A stretch of DNA of 64,000 nt from an uncultured delta proteobacterium. Its GTDB lineage: Bacteria; Myxococcota_A; Polyangia; Fen-1088. Shown in pieces: positions 55,902 to 64,000 of the stretch. How positions within the stretch are numbered: the first letter of the stretch is position 1; each line of letters starts with the position of its first letter. The notes under the pieces were generated by a model, which saw only the letters and a program-made list of their open reading frames with translations, searched no databases and had not been told where the DNA came from. The stretch lies in NCBI GenBank assembly GCA_963755125.1, contig CAVWIP010000015.1, positions 32,001-96,000 of the forward strand, written 5' to 3'. A program made the translations under genes and the position numbers.

Positions 55902-56863
55902 TAGCCGACTCCTGTTGCGGACGGCCGAGCCCGCGGTCGGTCCTTGGCCGCAGAATGCAGCATGGCCAGGGCACTGTAGGTCACCACCCCGATGACCAGC
56001 CAGCGAAGCTGATCGACCTTTAGTTCGCGCACCACGTAGGCCGCCAGCAGCACGCCGGGCACCCCGCCCAGGGCCAAACCCAGGGCGGCGCGCGGCGAGT
56101 AGCTGCCGCGTCCGATGAAGCGAATACCACTGGTCGGCATGATGAATGCGCACGAGCCCATCATCACCGGGAACACCGCTTTCAGGTCCATGCCGAGAAA
56201 CCCGAACAGGATGAGGCTGGGCGCGTAGGCGCCGATGCCCAGATTCATCAGGGCACCAAAGGCAAAGTTGCCGGCCAGGCCGACGGCCATGCGCCAGCCG
56301 TGGAGACCCAGGGTGTCTCCCCCTCCCGGCAGATAGTGCAGGGCACTGGCCAGCATCAATCCCGCAGCACCGAGCAACGCAAAGCCCATGCCGATCTGGA
56401 TCTTGCGCTTGGGCCAACCCGCCACCACGCCAGCGCCGAGCCACGAGCCGAGCACCGATGCGGCGACGAGCAGCACCAGAGAGGTCATCTCCACCTTCAC
56501 GATATGGATGTAGATCACCGCCTGGGCAACGGTCGGCCACATATGTCCGACCAGCAGCGTTCCCGGGATGAGGCGATCGGGGACCAGCCGGAACAGCTTG
56601 TAGATGGACGTCGTGGTCGCGTACGAGCCGATGCCCAGGGTGTCGAAGAAGTTCGTGACGAACCCGATGGCGGTTTGCACCGGCGAGGCCAGCCCGGCTC
56701 GCGCGGCGGCTGCCTCGTTGCCGTCGCCGGCAGGCCCAGCGTCGTCCAGCGCGACCCGCGCTCGTCTGCGAGCGATGTCGCGGCCCCAGAGCGCGGTGAA
56801 GACCGCGCCGAAGCCGGCCAAGGTCAGCATGAGAAGGGCTCTCACCCCAAGCATGGGCGCCAT
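55901..56863 (-). CDS. TSUP/TauE-SafE family membrane permease
   Basis: NFFDTLGIGSYA...IPGTL; GIGAYAP...FPVMMGSCAF; many TM helices. Confidence 0.75.
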   Translation of the reverse strand: MAPMLGVRALLMLTLAGFGAVFTALWGRDIARRRARVALDDAGPAGDGNEAAAARAGLASPVQTAIGFVTNFFDTLGIGSYATTTSIYKLFRLVPDRLIPGTLLVGHMWPTVAQAVIYIHIVKVEMTSLVLLVAASVLGSWLGAGVVAGWPKRKIQIGMGFALLGAAGLMLASALHYLPGGGDTLGLHGWRMAVGLAGNFAFGALMNLGIGAYAPSLILFGFLGMDLKAVFPVMMGSCAFIMPTSGIRFIGRGSYSPRAALGLALGGVPGVLLAAYVVRELKVDQLRWLVIGVVTYSALAMLHSAAKDRPRARPSATGVG

Positions 56864-57035
56864 GGTACACGGAAGTCGTCCTTGACGCATACGACAGCAC
56901 CGGCGCCGAATGAAAATCGAGGGTTAGCGGTCGCGGCCGTGGCGGGGATGGGGATCGGCAGATCGTCCTCAACCTTGGTGCCGAAGTGCCGATGGTTCAC
57001 TCAACGGGCTTTCGGCCCATAAGGCAGCAAACCAA

Positions 57036-58223
57036 GTGGACCCCAAAATAGGATCCGCCCAGGCCAGCTGGTCGCAAGAGGGAAAGCTGCGGCCCCTGGT
57101 TCTTGTTGTGGACGATGACGAGGCATTCACTCGCTCATGCGCGCGCGTCCTGGAAAGCTGGGGCTATGACGTGGAGACGGCGTGCGAGGGTGGTGCGGCC
57201 ATCGAGCTGGCGCGCGCGCAGCAATTCGATGTCGTGCTGACCGACATCAATGTCCCCACCTTCAGCGGCCTGGAGATCCTGCGTGCGGTTCGCGAACGTG
57301 ACCGGGACATACCCGTGATCCTGATGACCGGTGGCCCAGGCCTGGATAGCGCTCGCGTGGCAGTGGAGTGGGGCGCCCTGAGCTATCTCATCAAGCCGCT
57401 GTCCATGTCCCAGCTCAAGGACGTGCTCTCGCGCGCGGTACAGATGCACCGGGTGGCGCGGCGCGAGCGACGGATCGTACACTCCACCGAAGAGCACGAA
57501 CGCGAGATGGAGGCGATGCGCGTGCGCTTCGATAGGGCGCTGGCGGGCATGTGGACGGCATTCCAGCCCATCGTGTCCTGGTCGCGCAAGACCGTGGTGG
57601 CCTACGAAGCGCTCATGCGCACCACCGACCGCGAGCTGTTCTCGCCCTTGGAGATTCTCAAGACCGCCGAGGCTCTGGACGAGATGCCGACGCTGGGGCG
57701 CAAAACGCGGAGCCTGGTTGCCGAGGTGCTGCGCGAACACCCGGAGCTGCCGGGGGTGTTCGTCAATCTGCACGTGCTCGACCTGCTCGACGAAGATCTC
57801 TACTCGCCACAAGCGCCGCTGTCCGAGTTTGCCTCACGCATCCACCTCGAGATCACGGAGCGCATGGCGCTGGAGAAGATCCCCGATATTCGCGAGCGCG
57901 TGGTGCGCCTGCGCAAGCTGGGCTATCGCATCGCGGTCGATGATCTGGGTGAGGGCTACTCGGGGCTGAACAGCTTCGCACAGCTCGAGCCCGACGTGGT
58001 CAAGCTGGACATGGGGCTCATCCGCGGCATCGACACCACGCCAACCAAGCGCAAGATGGTCCACGCCCTGGCCAGCCTGTGCCTGGAACTGAAGACGCCA
58101 CTGGTAGCCGAGGGGGTCGAAACCGAGGCCGAGCGCAACATTCTTGTCGACCTGGGAGCGGATCTCTTCCAGGGCTACCTTTTCGCGCGCCCCGGCGCTC
58201 CGTTCCCGGTCGCGAACATCTAG
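57036..58223 (+). CDS. Response regulator with EAL phosphodiesterase domain
   Basis: Receiver VDDD...TD...KP; FQPIV, YEALMR, LEITE, DDLGEGYS, VKLD, AEGVE, QGYLF. Confidence 0.92.
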   Translation: MDPKIGSAQASWSQEGKLRPLVLVVDDDEAFTRSCARVLESWGYDVETACEGGAAIELARAQQFDVVLTDINVPTFSGLEILRAVRERDRDIPVILMTGGPGLDSARVAVEWGALSYLIKPLSMSQLKDVLSRAVQMHRVARRERRIVHSTEEHEREMEAMRVRFDRALAGMWTAFQPIVSWSRKTVVAYEALMRTTDRELFSPLEILKTAEALDEMPTLGRKTRSLVAEVLREHPELPGVFVNLHVLDLLDEDLYSPQAPLSEFASRIHLEITERMALEKIPDIRERVVRLRKLGYRIAVDDLGEGYSGLNSFAQLEPDVVKLDMGLIRGIDTTPTKRKMVHALASLCLELKTPLVAEGVETEAERNILVDLGADLFQGYLFARPGAPFPVANI

Positions 58224-58534
58224 GGTTGGGCGATCGGCGCTTCGCCGGCCGGAGCTGGTACGTCGTTGATCCCGAAATGACGCGCGAACGGGTCGACGAT
58301 GATCTCTTGCAGAAGATCGACGCGCAGCTTGCCGCAGGAAAATAGTCAGCGGATCTCCGCCGTCGCGCGACCATTTCTCGTCGGAGAGCGGTGCGTTGGT
58401 CGGGCTGCGATTCCACTCTCGCCCACGGGCGCAATGGCAGCGTTGCGTTTGCAAAAGTTCCTGTTGCTTCGCTGACACAGCGGACGTAAGAAAGCTGCGT
58501 TTTTCCTAAGTTTTACCCCCTGGAGGACCACGAC

Positions 58535-61500
58535 ATGGCTCGCAAGAAAGTCACCATTGACGGCAACGAAGCCGCTGCCTACGTCGCGCACAAGACCAAC
58601 GAGGTCTGCGCCATCTACCCCATCACCCCTTCGTCGAACATGGGTGAGTGGGCCGATGAGTGGTCGGCCATGGGTCGCACCAACATCTGGGGCACGATTC
58701 CGTCCGTGGTCGAGATGCAGAGCGAGGCGGGCGCTTCCGCCACGACCCACGGCGCCCTTCAGGCGGGCGCGCTGACCACGACCTTCACGGCCGCGCAGGG
58801 CCTCTTGCTCATGATCCCGACCATGTTCAAGGTCGCGGGTGAGCTGACCTCGACGGTGTGGCACGTTTCGGCGCGCACCGTAGCCACCCACGCCCTGTCG
58901 ATCTTCGGCGACCACGGCGACGTGATGGCCGTGCGATCCACCGGCTTTGGCCTCATCTGCACCGGTTCCGTGCAGGAGGTCATGGACATGGCCCTGATCG
59001 CGCAGGCCTCGACCCTGCAGGCGCGGGTGCCCTTCATCCATTTCTTCGACGGTTTCCGCACCTCGCACGAGGTGCAGAAGATCGAGCAGCTCACCGACGA
59101 GGACATCAAGGCCATGGTCACCGACGACCTGGTCAACGCGCATCGCGCGCGTGCCATGACGCCCGACCGGCCCGTGTTGCGCGGCACTTCGCAGAACCCC
59201 GATGTCTTCTTCCAGGCGCGCGAGGCGTGCAACAAGTACTACGACGCGGCCCCGGCCATCGTGCAGGCGCAGATGGACAAGTTCGCCAAGATCGTGGGCC
59301 GCTCCTACCACCTGTTCGACTACGTCGGTCCTGCGGATGCCGAGCGCGTGATCGTGGTCATGGGAACCGGCGCCGAGATCGTGCACGAGACGGTGGATGT
59401 GCTGGCCAAGAAGGGCGAGAAGGTTGGCGTGGTCAAGGTGCGCCTCTATCGTCCGTTCTCGATGGAGCACCTGGTGGCTGCGCTGCCCAAGACGGTCAAG
59501 GCCATCTCGGTCCTGGATCGCACGAAGGAGCCGGGCTGCGCTGGCGAGCCGATGTATCAGGACGTGATCACTGCGCTGGCCGAGGCCCAGGCCGCAGGCA
59601 AGCTGCCCTTCGCCATGCCGAAAGTGGTGGGCGGCCGCTATGGTCTGTCGTCCAAGGAATTCACCCCCGCCATGGTCAAGGCGGTGTTCGACGAGCTGAA
59701 GAAGCCGGCGCCCAAGAACCACTTCACCGTGGGCATCAACGACGACGTGACCCACACCTCCCTTGCCGTGGACTACAGCTTCTCCACCGAGACCGACAGC
59801 GTGAAGCGCTGCCTGTTCTACGGACTCGGCTCTGACGGCACGGTGGGTGCCAACAAGAACTCGATCAAGATCATCGGCGAGGAGCCCCGTTTCTACGCCC
59901 AGGGCTACTTCGTCTATGACTCGAAGAAGGCCGGCGCGGTCACCGTGTCGCACCTGCGCTTCGGGCCCGACGTGATTCGCTCCAGCTACCTCATCACGGA
60001 AGCGCAGTTCCTGGCCTGCCACCAGTGGTCGTTTCTCGAGCGCTACGACATGCTCCAGTACTGCCAGTCCGGCGGCGTGTTCCTGCTCAACAGCGTGTAC
60101 GGCCCGGACGAGGTCTGGGACAAGCTGCCGCAGGAAGTGCAGAAGCAGATCATCGACAAGAAGCTGCGCTTCTTCGTCATCGACGCCTACAAGGTGGCCA
60201 AGGAAACCGGGATGGGGGCGCGGGTCAACACCATCATGCAGACCTGCTTCTTCAGCATCTCGGGCGTGTTGCCCGCGGAGGAGGCCATTGCCAAGATCAA
60301 GAAGACCATCCAGAAGACCTACGAGCGCAAGGGTCCCGAGGTGGTGCAGAAGAACTTCAAGGCCGTGGATCAGACGGTGGCTAACCTGAAGCAGGTCAAC
60401 TATCCACAGAAGGTATCGAGCAGCCTGAAGATGCCGCCCATCGTGGCCAAGGAGGCGCCCGAATTCGTGCACAAGGTGACCGCGGAGATCGTCGCCGGTC
60501 GTGGCGACAAGCTGCCGGTCAGCGCCTTTCCGGTCGACGGAACCTTCCCCACCGATACCGCGCGCTGGGAAAAGCGCAACATCGCGCTGGAGATCCCGGT
60601 GTGGTACCCGGACCTGTGTATCCAGTGCAACAAGTGCACCCTGGTGTGCCCGCACGCCTCCATTCGCGCCAAGGTATTCGACGCCAAGCACCTGGAGAAG
60701 AAGCCGGCGACCTTCAAGGCCGTCAAGTACAAGGGCAAGGAATACGGCGATGTGATGTACGCGCTGCAAAGCGCGCCCGAGGACTGCACCGGCTGCAATC
60801 TGTGCGTGGAGGTCTGTCCCGCCACCGACAAGAAGGACAAGACCAAGAAGGCCATCATGATGGAGCCGCAGATTCCGCTGCGTGCCCAGGAACGCGACAA
60901 CTACGCCTTCTTCCTCGATCTGCCCGAGGTGGACCGCCGCCTGGTCAAGGTCGACACGGTCAAGGGTTGCCAGTTCCTGCAGCCGCTCTTCGAGTACTCA
61001 GGGGCCTGCGCCGGCTGCGGCGAAACCCCGTACGTGAAGCTCTTGACCCAGCTCTTCGGCGATCGCGCCATCATCGGCAACGCCACGGGATGCTCGTCGA
61101 TCTACGGCGGCAACCTACCCACCACGCCCTACGCCCAGAACAAGGACGGCCGCGGCCCGGCCTGGAATAACTCGCTCTTCGAGGACACCGCCGAGTTCTC
61201 CCTCGGTTTCCGGGTGACCATCGACAAGCAGAACGAGTACGCCAAGGTGTTGCTGAAGAAGCTGTCGGGTCAGTTGCCCGGCGAGCTGGTCAGCGGACTG
61301 ATGGAGGCCAATCAGGCCGACGAGAAGGGCATCTACGAGCAGCGCGAGCGCGTGGCCTTGCTCAAGCAGACGCTGGCCGGCATCGCTGACCCCGACGCGA
61401 AGAACCTGGCCGGCGTGGCCGACATGCTGGTCAAGAAGAGCGTGTGGGCGGTGGGCGGCGATGGCTGGGCCTACGACATCGGGTACGGCGGGCTGGATCA

Positions 61501-62125
61501 CGTTTTGGCCAGCGGCCGCAACGTGAACATCCTGGTGCTCGACACCGAGGTGTACTCGAACACCGGTGGCCAGTGCTCGAAGGCGACCCCGACCGGCGCC
61601 GTGGCCAAGTTCGCGGCGGCCGGCAAGCCCACGCCCAAGAAGGACCTGGGCATGATGGCCATCGCGTACCGCAACTGCTACGTGGCCAAGGTCGCCATGG
61701 GCTACAGCGACATCCAGACCGTGCGGGCCATGATCGAGGCCGATGCCTACGACGGGCCCTCCATCGTCATCGCGTACAGCCACTGCATCGCCCACGGCAT
61801 CGACATGGCCAAGGGCATGGACAACCAGGTCGCAGCGGTCGACAGCGGCGCCTGGACCCTGTACCGCTTCAACCCGGATCTCTATAACAAGGGAGAGCAC
61901 CCGCTCAAGCTCGACTCCAAGGCGCCCAAGATGACCTACGAACAGTGGGCCATGACCGAGACGCGCTTCCGCTCGCTGGCCCAGATCATGCCGGATCGCG
62001 CGCGTGCCCTGATGGAGCAAGGCCAGCGCGAAGCGAAGGCACGCTGGAAGCTGTACGAGGCTCTGGCGGTCGCCGGCGTGGACTCGCCCTTCGCTCCGCC
62101 CGCGAGCGACAAGCTGGTCTCGTAA
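58535..62125 (+). CDS. nifJ: Pyruvate:ferredoxin (flavodoxin) oxidoreductase
   Basis: IYPITPS, DGFRTSH, two CxxCxxCxxxCP ferredoxin motifs, GACAGCGE, GGDGWAYDIG; RBS GGAGG. Confidence 0.97.
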   Translation: MARKKVTIDGNEAAAYVAHKTNEVCAIYPITPSSNMGEWADEWSAMGRTNIWGTIPSVVEMQSEAGASATTHGALQAGALTTTFTAAQGLLLMIPTMFKVAGELTSTVWHVSARTVATHALSIFGDHGDVMAVRSTGFGLICTGSVQEVMDMALIAQASTLQARVPFIHFFDGFRTSHEVQKIEQLTDEDIKAMVTDDLVNAHRARAMTPDRPVLRGTSQNPDVFFQAREACNKYYDAAPAIVQAQMDKFAKIVGRSYHLFDYVGPADAERVIVVMGTGAEIVHETVDVLAKKGEKVGVVKVRLYRPFSMEHLVAALPKTVKAISVLDRTKEPGCAGEPMYQDVITALAEAQAAGKLPFAMPKVVGGRYGLSSKEFTPAMVKAVFDELKKPAPKNHFTVGINDDVTHTSLAVDYSFSTETDSVKRCLFYGLGSDGTVGANKNSIKIIGEEPRFYAQGYFVYDSKKAGAVTVSHLRFGPDVIRSSYLITEAQFLACHQWSFLERYDMLQYCQSGGVFLLNSVYGPDEVWDKLPQEVQKQIIDKKLRFFVIDAYKVAKETGMGARVNTIMQTCFFSISGVLPAEEAIAKIKKTIQKTYERKGPEVVQKNFKAVDQTVANLKQVNYPQKVSSSLKMPPIVAKEAPEFVHKVTAEIVAGRGDKLPVSAFPVDGTFPTDTARWEKRNIALEIPVWYPDLCIQCNKCTLVCPHASIRAKVFDAKHLEKKPATFKAVKYKGKEYGDVMYALQSAPEDCTGCNLCVEVCPATDKKDKTKKAIMMEPQIPLRAQERDNYAFFLDLPEVDRRLVKVDTVKGCQFLQPLFEYSGACAGCGETPYVKLLTQLFGDRAIIGNATGCSSIYGGNLPTTPYAQNKDGRGPAWNNSLFEDTAEFSLGFRVTIDKQNEYAKVLLKKLSGQLPGELVSGLMEANQADEKGIYEQRERVALLKQTLAGIADPDAKNLAGVADMLVKKSVWAVGGDGWAYDIGYGGLDHVLASGRNVNILVLDTEVYSNTGGQCSKATPTGAVAKFAAAGKPTPKKDLGMMAIAYRNCYVAKVAMGYSDIQTVRAMIEADAYDGPSIVIAYSHCIAHGIDMAKGMDNQVAAVDSGAWTLYRFNPDLYNKGEHPLKLDSKAPKMTYEQWAMTETRFRSLAQIMPDRARALMEQGQREAKARWKLYEALAVAGVDSPFAPPASDKLVS

Positions 62126-62144
62126 CGTTGCACTGAAACGATCC

Positions 62145-62182
62145 AGGCTCGGGCGCCCTCAAGGTTCCCGGGCCTTTCTCTT
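62145..62182 (+). terminator. Rho-independent terminator after nifJ
   Basis: AGGCTCGGG/CCCGGGCCT stem then TTTCTCTT. Confidence 0.6.
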
Positions 62183-62188
62183 GCCGGG

Positions 62189-63616
62189 CTACTGGAACGA
62201 GATCGCGGTCACGCAGAAGTCGAATGTCCCGATGGTCGGACTGGAGGCGACCTGAAACTCGATGTTCGTTGCATTTGGTGCGCCCGACAGTGCCCCGGCG
62301 ACAGTCGGGGCCCAGCAGGTCTGATTGAAACTCGTCCAGAGAAGGGTCTGGGTGGCCGCGGTCATCAACGCGCAATAGGTTGTGGCGCCAACGCTCAGGA
62401 TGATCTGCATATTGGCACCCGTGGGCAGGCTGCTGAGCGCGACCGTCACACCTGTTCCCGAAAGCTGAACCGGCACAGGGTTGGTGGACGTGGTGAGCAG
62501 CGACAAGTTGAAGCCGAACCCAGCTCCCCAAACTGTGTATGAGGGTGGATCCGATGCGCCAGTGGTGCCCGCCGCGCAGAGACTGTTGGGCGACAGGCAG
62601 ATGGACGATTCATCGGTTTGGTCGGAAAACGCGAACTCAAAGCCGCTGTAGTCCCCCACCGTGCACTTGCCTCCTGGGCACGCGATACCACCGGTGCTCT
62701 TGGGCGCCGAGCAAGTGGCCGACGTCTCGGCGGAGTTTGCGTCTGTCGAGGGTCTATCCGCCGAACCGCCAGCATCTTGCGCCATGCCTCCGTCGAGATT
62801 GGGCGCACAGATGGGACAGCCGCAGGGGTCGGGATTTGGCTGGGTATGCCCCAAACACGCGAGGGCCGGGCACATGATCGGGGGGCACGAGCCGGTCCCA
62901 CCCGTGCCGCCGCTGGTGCCACCGGTTCCGCCGGCCCCGACTCCGCCGGTAACGATTGCACCGCCCGATGCGCCGGCAGCGCCGGTTCCGCTACTTCCGC
63001 CGCCACTGTTGCCGGCCCGTGCCGAGGTGCCAGCGCTGCCGCCGCTGGCTCCATCCACGCCAGCATCGATGCCGGCGGTACCGCCTCCGGTAGCGCCACC
63101 AGTTGCTGTGCTGTGGCCGCCATTCGCGCTGGTCGTGCCTCCTTGCACTCCCCCTGCGCCGCCCGCGCCGGCCGCACCGCCTTGTCCACCGCTCCCACCC
63201 GTGGCAGTCGCGCCGCCCTGTCCGCCGACGCCGGCGTCCGAACCGCCCGGCACGGCCGCCAGGGTCACCGTGACATTGGTTTGCCCGCCAGAAACCAGAT
63301 CTTGACTGGTCTCGCCGTGCGCCAGAACGGTGTTCTGTGCGTCGAGCCCGTCGATGCTCACGTCGATGTTGCCGGTACGCGACTTGGGCATGGTGGCCGA
63401 CAGAGTGGCGGAAAACACGATGGGCGTCGACGTCGGATTCGGCGGGTAGCTTTGGGTTTCGGAGGTACCGGCGTTGGTGAATGTCACGTTGAGGTGCGTG
63501 ATCCCGGTCAAGTCAGCCGGAGCTTTCACAGTGACGAGCAGGACGTCTTGGGAGCTACTGCTGCCGGCCTTGCACGCGAGCGCCAGAAATGCCAGGCCCA
63601 GGAAGATTCGTCGCAT
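62189..63616 (-). CDS. Lipoprotein with Gly-rich linker and C-terminal beta-sandwich (possibly carbohydrate-binding)
   Basis: Lipobox LALAC, long GGxGG linker, small Cys module, WGAGFGFNL...FDFCVTAISF. Confidence 0.75.
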   Translation of the reverse strand: MRRIFLGLAFLALACKAGSSSSQDVLLVTVKAPADLTGITHLNVTFTNAGTSETQSYPPNPTSTPIVFSATLSATMPKSRTGNIDVSIDGLDAQNTVLAHGETSQDLVSGGQTNVTVTLAAVPGGSDAGVGGQGGATATGGSGGQGGAAGAGGAGGVQGGTTSANGGHSTATGGATGGGTAGIDAGVDGASGGSAGTSARAGNSGGGSSGTGAAGASGGAIVTGGVGAGGTGGTSGGTGGTGSCPPIMCPALACLGHTQPNPDPCGCPICAPNLDGGMAQDAGGSADRPSTDANSAETSATCSAPKSTGGIACPGGKCTVGDYSGFEFAFSDQTDESSICLSPNSLCAAGTTGASDPPSYTVWGAGFGFNLSLLTTSTNPVPVQLSGTGVTVALSSLPTGANMQIILSVGATTYCALMTAATQTLLWTSFNQTCWAPTVAGALSGAPNATNIEFQVASSPTIGTFDFCVTAISFQ

Positions 63617-63625
63617 GGATGTCCC

Positions 63626-64000
63626 CTATTGGAAGATGGGCTGGTTGCCGAGGCTGGTGCCTGGGATCCCCTTCGATGAGCCGGAGGAGAGCACGACGGC
63701 GGTGACGATGCCCGCCGCGACCACCGCACCCAGCCCTGTCCAGAACCACCACCTCTTGTACACAGGTCGGGATTCGCCTGCCGCCGGTGAGGAAGCAGCA
63801 CCAAGGTCAGCGCCAGGGGCCGTGTCGGCCGTCGACTGGGTGCCGGAGGTCACCGGCGAGGGTGGTGCTCCGAACATCGGGAAGGTGCTCGCGCTTTGCT
63901 CGACTGGCTCGGCCACGACAGAGGAAGCTGCGGCCGACGCGCCATTGCCTTGACCCTCGTGGGCGGGCGGAGGCACGGCGGGCGCGTTGCTGGGAGCGGG
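63626..64000 (-). CDS. C-terminal part of a myxobacterial membrane-anchored protein (5' end outside window)
   Basis: Pro/Ala linker, PVYKRWWFWTGLG plus TM helix; upstream of the lipoprotein. Confidence 0.7.
   Translation of the reverse strand, partial: PAPSNAPAVPPPAHEGQGNGASAAASSVVAEPVEQSASTFPMFGAPPSPVTSGTQSTADTAPGADLGAASSPAAGESRPVYKRWWFWTGLGAVVAAGIVTAVVLSSGSSKGIPGTSLGNQPIFQ

Noticed and set aside
54447..56972. 841-aa permease fusion
   Set aside because: The N-terminal part is an alternative frame of the TSUP gene; the permease starts at GTG 55901 with its own RBS.
58434..58455. Sigma54 promoter upstream of nifJ
   Set aside because: GG and GC are not at the required 10-nt spacing.
58346..60769. 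807-aa minus-strand ORF (also 3603-5636, 18983-20857 and similar)
   Set aside because: Antisense shadows of nifJ, tig and lon.

Overview
High-GC bacterial chromosome segment. It is most likely Myxococcota (inferred from a MYXO-CTERM protein, Ser/Thr kinase-PEGA/TPR modules and Cys-rich lipoproteins) and may be anaerobic or facultative (pyruvate:ferredoxin oxidoreductase, hemerythrin, c7-type cytochrome). Housekeeping genes are fba, tig-clpP-clpX, lon, two tRNA-Ser, a short leuA with a LysR regulator, exbBD/tolQR, ftsK-yhhN-lolA, an NAGS-like gene and nifJ. Accessory content: (i) an ~11 kb block separating clpX from lon, carrying a lipoprotein GH48 cellulase and a CBM lipoprotein; (ii) a decayed outer-membrane protein/ECF sigma/anti-sigma module between the tRNAs; (iii) a compact triheme cytochrome-porin-lipoprotein cytochrome operon. 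Most unusual signals: a three-copy hairpin element with smaller GCGAAGC-containing modules nested in its loops, which supplies stop and start codons to neighbouring genes; a protein made of eight tandem zinc-ribbon repeats; a full sigma54 promoter for a 61-aa secreted protein next to its likely two-component system; and a 28-bp dif-like Xer site. No CRISPR array, rRNA, integrase or transposase was seen. All calls come from reading motifs by eye; no database searches were run.
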